DNA of 64,000 nucleotides from Thermoanaerobaculia bacterium (lineage in GTDB: Bacteria; Acidobacteriota; Thermoanaerobaculia; Multivoradales; JAHEKO01), in contig CALZKB010000003.1 in NCBI GenBank assembly GCA_945787575.1, forward strand, positions 19,207 to 83,206, given 5' to 3'. The notes beneath the pieces are model-generated. The model made no database searches. It worked only from the letters and a program-made list of their open reading frames with translations, and was not told the DNA's origin. The position numbers and the translations under genes are program-made. This document shows, piece after piece, positions 58,922 through 64,000 of this stretch; the stretch's first letter is position 1; each line of letters starts with the position of its first letter.

Positions 58922-60397
58922 TCAGCTCAGAGGCCAGCCGGTCCAGCGCGCCGTCGCGTCGGTGCCGGCGTCCGGGTCGCTGTCGACCCCGACGGAACCT
59001 GTGCCGATCGTCAGCACCAAGCCGAGATCCCCGAACATCTCGACCAGTGGGAGCTGGCCGGGGTTCTCGACGCAGCAGTCGATCAGATCGTCGACGGAGA
59101 CGCCGGTCGTCGACTCGATGAGATCGCCGAGACTCGCCAGATCGAGGTCGGTCTCCCGACCGGGTCCCGAATGGAGCGAGCGCATCACGGCATCGAGCGA
59201 GTGACGATCCTCGCTGCGCACCCGGATGGCGACGTCGAGCGCCATGCTGGCAAGGAACCCGCCGCTGTAGATGAGGTCGTAGTTGGTGAGCTTCGTCCGG
59301 CCTCCGGCCACCATGCTGAGCTCCCCCGAGGCGGCCAAGTACTTCTCCACCTCGTCAGCCAGCTGGCGGAAGGCGGCTTCCACGGGGATCTCTCCAGCCC
59401 CCAGCTGGCTTCGCATCGTGTAGTAGCTCGCCGTTCCTTCGCTCATCCAATAGAGACCCTCTTGCGCCTCGAGATCGCGATACGCGAAGTTCGCGTTCCA
59501 CAGGTGAAACGCCTCGTGCACGGTGATGAACCGCAGCATCGGCAGCGTCGAGGCGTCGAGCGCGCCGCCCAGCACCATGCTGATCGTGCTCCCCATGACG
59601 CCGCCGCCCCAGAAGCCGGCATCCGCCGCGACGAGGAGCATGCGGCCCTCGGCAGGGGCACCGAAGAGCCGGGCGAACACGTCGAGGTAGCGCTCGACCG
59701 TGTCGACGATCAGGTCCTTCTGTCCGATGGCCTCAGGGCCGGCCAAGGCGATCCGGACCGCGGCGTCGCTCCCTTCGCCCAATAGGGCCTCGAAGTGCTC
59801 GCCGGCGATGAACGCAGAGTCCAGAAGGGCATCGTTGTCATCGGCCCGGAACTGCTGACCGGACACGAGGACCCGCCAAGGGGTCGTGGCACGCCAGCCG
59901 TCGGGTAGCGCGAAGGAGACGAGAATGTCCTTCGCCGGAGCACCTTCGAAGAACAGGGCTCGTCCCGACCACAAGACGGCGTCGGGCCTCGCCCAGGCCA
60001 GCTCGTCGGCGCCGGGCAGGTTGTCCACGCGATCGTGCCCGAGCCGCATCAAGTAGCGGATCTCGAGCGGCCCGCGAGCGTCGCCAACCTCGTACCGTCC
60101 CTGCTCGACGCTTCGGACGACGACCGGCTCGCCGTCGGCGTCCCGGACTTCGAGATCGTGAATGAATCTCGCCCACCCATCCTCGATGCCGCTGTCCTCG
60201 GCATCTCGCAGCAACAGCAGCTCGCCGTCGGTCGTCGGAAACAGCTCCGCTTCGACCCGAGCGAGCCGCAGATCCGACGACTCGATGGTGACCCGGTACT
60301 CGTCAGCCGGCGAGGGTTCGCAGAGGAGGGACAGTAGCGCCAGCGTTCCCACGGCTCTCGTGATTCTCCCCGAACACGTTGGTTTGAAAGACGTCAT
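58922..60397 (-). CDS. M61-like (glycyl aminopeptidase-type) metallopeptidase
   Basis: Signal peptide; HEAFHLWN, WMSEGTASYY, IYSGG...LD, SLDAVMR. Confidence 0.85.
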   Translation of the reverse strand: MTSFKPTCSGRITRAVGTLALLSLLCEPSPADEYRVTIESSDLRLARVEAELFPTTDGELLLLRDAEDSGIEDGWARFIHDLEVRDADGEPVVVRSVEQGRYEVGDARGPLEIRYLMRLGHDRVDNLPGADELAWARPDAVLWSGRALFFEGAPAKDILVSFALPDGWRATTPWRVLVSGQQFRADDNDALLDSAFIAGEHFEALLGEGSDAAVRIALAGPEAIGQKDLIVDTVERYLDVFARLFGAPAEGRMLLVAADAGFWGGGVMGSTISMVLGGALDASTLPMLRFITVHEAFHLWNANFAYRDLEAQEGLYWMSEGTASYYTMRSQLGAGEIPVEAAFRQLADEVEKYLAASGELSMVAGGRTKLTNYDLIYSGGFLASMALDVAIRVRSEDRHSLDAVMRSLHSGPGRETDLDLASLGDLIESTTGVSVDDLIDCCVENPGQLPLVEMFGDLGLVLTIGTGSVGVDSDPDAGTDATARWTGWPLS

Positions 60398-60643
60398 CTA
60401 CTCAGACTCCTCGCGGCGATCGGCTTTCAGTCCGATTCCGACAGACTCTCGAGAATCGCCGCCGCGTTGCCGCCGTTTGCCAATCGGCGGCGGTTACGGT
60501 CCCCATTTCGGCGAGAACGGGCGCCGAGAGGACGGTAAGGACGAAGCAAGCAAGGCGTCGAAGCATAGTCGGTCTCCTGATGACGAGAGTCGTCACTTCC
60601 CTAGACAATGTGCGAGGAGGTTCGTTAGCGGCGTCCACCGGCG

Positions 60644-60870
60644 GCACTCGACGAGGTCCCGGACGAAGGTCTCGCCGCCAAGCCGTCGGGATCGCGAGGC
60701 AGAGACGTGGCTCGGGTCTTCGCTCACCTCTTTCGGGTGCGGGTGGGCTGGCTCCATCACCACGAGACCGGAAAACGACCCAAGGTGCCTCGCTTCGACA
60801 AGGGTCCGCCGCCCGCGAAGTCAGAGCTTGAGGAGTTGCTGACCCGGTGCCGGAAGAGGTCGCGGTCAAG
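60644..60870 (+). pseudogene. DinB-family internal fragment
   Basis: ALDEVPDEGLAAKPSGSRGRDVARVFAHLFRVRVGWL, preceded by an in-frame TAG (60626-60628) and lacking the C-terminal HExHH motif. Confidence 0.58.
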
Positions 60871-61007
60871 GGTCTCTGGGGTCGGTGGATCTTCGGTTCA
60901 CGGCAGTGACCGGGCATCCCGGCCGGAAGCGCTCGGCGCCACCCCTTGCCGCGGCCACCGGACCCTTGGAATACTCGGCCCCCAACTCGCTCGAAGGAGG
61001 AGACCGG

Positions 61008-61334
61008 ATGGCCGAGCATACCTACGAAGAACTCAAGCACCAGACGATCGCCGAGCTCCGAGAGCTGGCGGCCGGAATCGACCACGAGGCGGTCCAGGGC
61101 TACACGCAGCTCAAGAAGGAACAGCTGCTCCCCGCCCTGTGTACCGCGCTCGGCATCGACACGCACGAGCACCACGAGGTCGTGGGCATCGACAAGGGGA
61201 AGGTCAAGGCCGAGATCCGGCAGTTCAAGCTGCGGCGTGACGAAGCGCTGGCCGGCGGCGACAAGGCAGCTTACAAGCGGGCTCTGCGCGAGATCCACCG
61301 CCGCAAGCACGAGCTGCGCAAATCGATGGTGTGA
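61008..61334 (+). CDS. Small basic protein with Rho-N-like helix pair
   Basis: AAGGAGG RBS; YEELKHQTIAELRELA...YTQLKKEQL. Confidence 0.78.
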   Translation: MAEHTYEELKHQTIAELRELAAGIDHEAVQGYTQLKKEQLLPALCTALGIDTHEHHEVVGIDKGKVKAEIRQFKLRRDEALAGGDKAAYKRALREIHRRKHELRKSMV

Positions 61335-61336
61335 CC

Positions 61337-62668
61337 CTAGAAATTGTAGATCGCCGACAACGAGGCGGTGTCCACCCGATCGGCGACGTCGATACCGAAA
61401 TCGAGCTGAAAGCTCGGGAAGGCGACTCCCAGGCCCACCGCATAGTGCGTCTCGTCGTCTCCCCGCGGCAGCAGCCCGCGGAGGACGGGATCGTCGGTCG
61501 CGGCGGCTCTCAGCTGGTGGTCGGGATCGAGCCACACCCCGACCCGCACGGCGACCACCGGGGTCGAGCTGAGAAACACGTACTCACCGCCCAGGTGTAG
61601 CTCTTCCACATCGTCGACGGTTTGGTCTTCGATGCGGAGGCTCTGCACGATGCTCGAGTACTCGACGCGGTCCCACTGAAAGCTCACGGTGAGGCCGCCC
61701 GGAGCCTGGTAGGCGCAACCGAGGCCGAAGGCCAGCGGAAAATCGACCGCCTCCGCCAAGCTTCGCTCGAGCACTCCGCCCGGCGGCACTCCGAAGTCGA
61801 TCGCTTCGCCGGCTATGAGCTCGAACACGGCTTCAAGCTCAGGCCCCTGGCGATAGACACCCCCGATTCTCCAGCGGTTCGAGAGCCGCACCAGAAAGCC
61901 GACGGTCACGGTCCAGTCGCTGTCTTCGACCGTGAAACTCCGCTCCAGCAGCGATCTTTCGGAAAGGTAGGAGTTCGGCACGAAGAGACTCTCCAAGGAG
62001 TCCTCGTCGACGAAGGACAGCGTCGCCATCGAGGTGAGCGAAGCATCGTGGTAGACGAGCCCGAGGCCGACGTCGAAGCGCTCGTTGACGCGAAAGGCGC
62101 CGGAGAGCCCGTAGCTCACGACATCCAGGTCGGTCCTCACCCGCTGGTCGAGAAGCCGAATCTGGCAGCAGTCGGTGCCACCCGCAAACAGGCCCTGGGT
62201 CTCGCCGAGGAACCGGAACTTCGCCAACTGATGGCGAAAGAAAGCGATCGACCAGTCGCCTTTCGGGTAGGCGATCGAGAGGAAGGAGAGCCCCGAGGCG
62301 ACATCTTCCGAGATCGCCGTCCGCAGACCGACCGTGGTGTCGATCCCGAAGCCGCTGGGGAGGCCTTCCACCCGGCCGCTCTCGGTAAACGGCGTCGAGT
62401 AGCTCCAGCGGCGCCCTTCGATCGAGACCTCCGGCTCGACCAGCAGTACCAGCCCAGCCGGATTTGAGAAGGCGGCGGTTGCGTCGTCCGCCAGGGCGAC
62501 GAAGGCGCCGCCGAAGCCCATGCTCCGGGCACCGGGATCGGAGAAGCTCAACTGAACGGGAACGATCGGCTGCTGACCCGCTACGCCGGCCGGGGCCAGC
62601 AGCTCGACGAATAGCAGGACAAGAAGCCCGGTACGGCTGGATAGTCGGACGAGCCGGTCGATCATCAT
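61337..62668 (-). CDS. OmpP1/FadL/PorV-superfamily outer-membrane beta-barrel
   Basis: PGARSMGFGGAFVALADDATAAFSNPAGL hatch motif; amphipathic strands; C-terminal ...SAIYNF. Confidence 0.87.
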   Translation of the reverse strand: MMIDRLVRLSSRTGLLVLLFVELLAPAGVAGQQPIVPVQLSFSDPGARSMGFGGAFVALADDATAAFSNPAGLVLLVEPEVSIEGRRWSYSTPFTESGRVEGLPSGFGIDTTVGLRTAISEDVASGLSFLSIAYPKGDWSIAFFRHQLAKFRFLGETQGLFAGGTDCCQIRLLDQRVRTDLDVVSYGLSGAFRVNERFDVGLGLVYHDASLTSMATLSFVDEDSLESLFVPNSYLSERSLLERSFTVEDSDWTVTVGFLVRLSNRWRIGGVYRQGPELEAVFELIAGEAIDFGVPPGGVLERSLAEAVDFPLAFGLGCAYQAPGGLTVSFQWDRVEYSSIVQSLRIEDQTVDDVEELHLGGEYVFLSSTPVVAVRVGVWLDPDHQLRAAATDDPVLRGLLPRGDDETHYAVGLGVAFPSFQLDFGIDVADRVDTASLSAIYNF

Positions 62669-62833
62669 CCCGTCTCTTGTTCGTGCGCTAGTCGATCCCA
62701 AGTGTAGCGGCCTCGATTGGGTGGCTCACTACCTAAGTGGGTAGGCGAGCCGGCCCACAGTCGTTGCGGGTTTCTACCGACCACGTCGCGTCTACAAGTG
62801 AACAGGGACACGACTCAAGGAGGAGGACAAGCG

Positions 62834-63340
62834 ATGAGAAGGTTCAAGATTCCTAGCAGACGCGCGAGTCGAGGGTTGCAAGCTCTGGTGTGGGCGGCGG
62901 CGCTGACCGTGGTCGGCTGCGACAGCAGTGTGAAGATCAGCCCCACCGTGCCGGAGTGGCCCGACATCACCCCCATCGGAGAGCGCAACCTTCTGATCAG
63001 CGGCACCCTGGTGAGCGAGCGAGGTGCGTGCCTAGAGGCGACCGTTCTCTTTGACGGCCAAGAGCTGGCCGACGCTCGCGTCAGCTGCCCCGACCCTGAG
63101 GGCTGCACCGAGCTCGAACTGGCGGCGGTGACCCCAAGCGCCAGCGGCCACCACACCATCTCCTTCCAGCTGTTGAGTCAGTCCTCGGAGAGCGAACACT
63201 ACGTGGTGACGGGAAGCGTCGTGGTAACCCGCGGCCTGCGGCTGGGAGGCATCGTCCTCCAACTGGGACCCACATCCGCGACCCTGCAGCCCGGCGAGAG
63301 CGTCACGTTCGACCTCGATTTCAGCAGACTGACCCGATGA
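62834..63340 (+). CDS. Putative lipoprotein
   Basis: AGGAGGA RBS; lipobox-like VVGC. Confidence 0.7.
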   Translation: MRRFKIPSRRASRGLQALVWAAALTVVGCDSSVKISPTVPEWPDITPIGERNLLISGTLVSERGACLEATVLFDGQELADARVSCPDPEGCTELELAAVTPSASGHHTISFQLLSQSSESEHYVVTGSVVVTRGLRLGGIVLQLGPTSATLQPGESVTFDLDFSRLTR

Positions 63341-63357
63341 CGGCCCGCTGCGGGGAG

Positions 63358-63390
63358 CCGCCACCCGACCAAACGGGTGGTGGCGGCGGC
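63358..63390 (+). terminator. GC-rich hairpin after the lipoprotein gene
   Basis: CCGCCACCCG-ACCAAA-CGGGTGGTGG; no U-tract. Confidence 0.35.
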
Positions 63391-63485
63391 GGCGGTGAGA
63401 TCTAGAATCTCGCCATGAGCCGCGGATGCTCGGCCTTTCGGCCGGCGCCGCGGCCCACATACTCAAACCGACCAGCGAGGCAACC

Positions 63486-63968
63486 ATGCTCAAGAAGGAT
63501 CACCGTTGCATCCCGTGCGCCCTGGTGCTGGGCGCTCTTCTAATCTCTCCCGCCTTCGCCGGCGACCCGCTGACCCTCGGCGAGGGGATCACCGTCGAGG
63601 CGGCGACGCCGATTCACGAGATCCTCGCCGACCCGGATGCGTTCATCGGCAAGACGGTACGCATCGAGGGCGGCGTGCTCGACGTCTGTCCGATGAAGGG
63701 CTGCTGGGTAGAGATCGGCAGCGAGGAGGAGAGCCTTCGAGTCAAGGTCGAGGACGACGTGATCGTCTTCCCGGCGGATTCGAAAGGTCGGATCATCGCC
63801 GCCCAGGGGACGGTCGAGGCCGTCGAGATGACGCGTGAGAAGTACGTCGAGTGGCTCGCTCACCTGGCGGAGGAGAAGGGTGAGCCGTTCGACATCGCCA
63901 AGGCCGATATCGGCGAGGGTCCGCACCGCACGATCCGCATCCGCGGCACCGGGGCGCGGATCGAGTAG
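63486..63968 (+). CDS. DUF4920-like exported protein
   Basis: Signal peptide; GKTVRIEG..DVCPMKGCWVEI, VKVEDDVIVFP. Confidence 0.85.
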   Translation: MLKKDHRCIPCALVLGALLISPAFAGDPLTLGEGITVEAATPIHEILADPDAFIGKTVRIEGGVLDVCPMKGCWVEIGSEEESLRVKVEDDVIVFPADSKGRIIAAQGTVEAVEMTREKYVEWLAHLAEEKGEPFDIAKADIGEGPHRTIRIRGTGARIE

Positions 63969-64000
63969 CGCCGGCGGCTTGCCTACTGCACCGCGCGACT

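Overview
GC-rich bacterial window, probably Acidobacteriota/Thermoanaerobaculia-like (inferred from gene content such as the acidobacterial VWA-type protein, the PadR+sensor pair and the secreted-protein tails). It holds about 55 mostly unlinked accessory, transport and envelope genes. I saw no rRNA, tRNA, CRISPR array or transposase. Recognisable modules: a C25 (gingipain/PorU-like) peptidase, SBP plus DAACS transporter, Fur-box-preceded feoAB, malonyl-CoA decarboxylase, PadR/sensor, a LeuA-like plus HemN-like pair, an 11-heme cytochrome/LVIVD protein, NrtR-SPFH-NAD-kinase-like operon, acetoacetate-CoA ligase, a GntR-PP2C/GntR/ABC operon, archease-rtcB, and a FadL/PorV-like barrel. Strongest signal: four unrelated, signal-peptide-bearing proteins end in the same 19-aa tail, [ILV]Fx[DY]GFESGDTSAWxxx[VI]P-stop, and a decayed fifth copy lies in intergenic DNA. 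This is a candidate C-terminal secretion or sorting signal. One of these cargo genes, a 14 x 47-aa double beta-propeller, sits under a c-di-GMP-I riboswitch with a readable translational expression platform. The window also has many gene relics (frameshifts, in-frame deletions, orphan C-termini). Family assignments come from motif recognition, not database searches.
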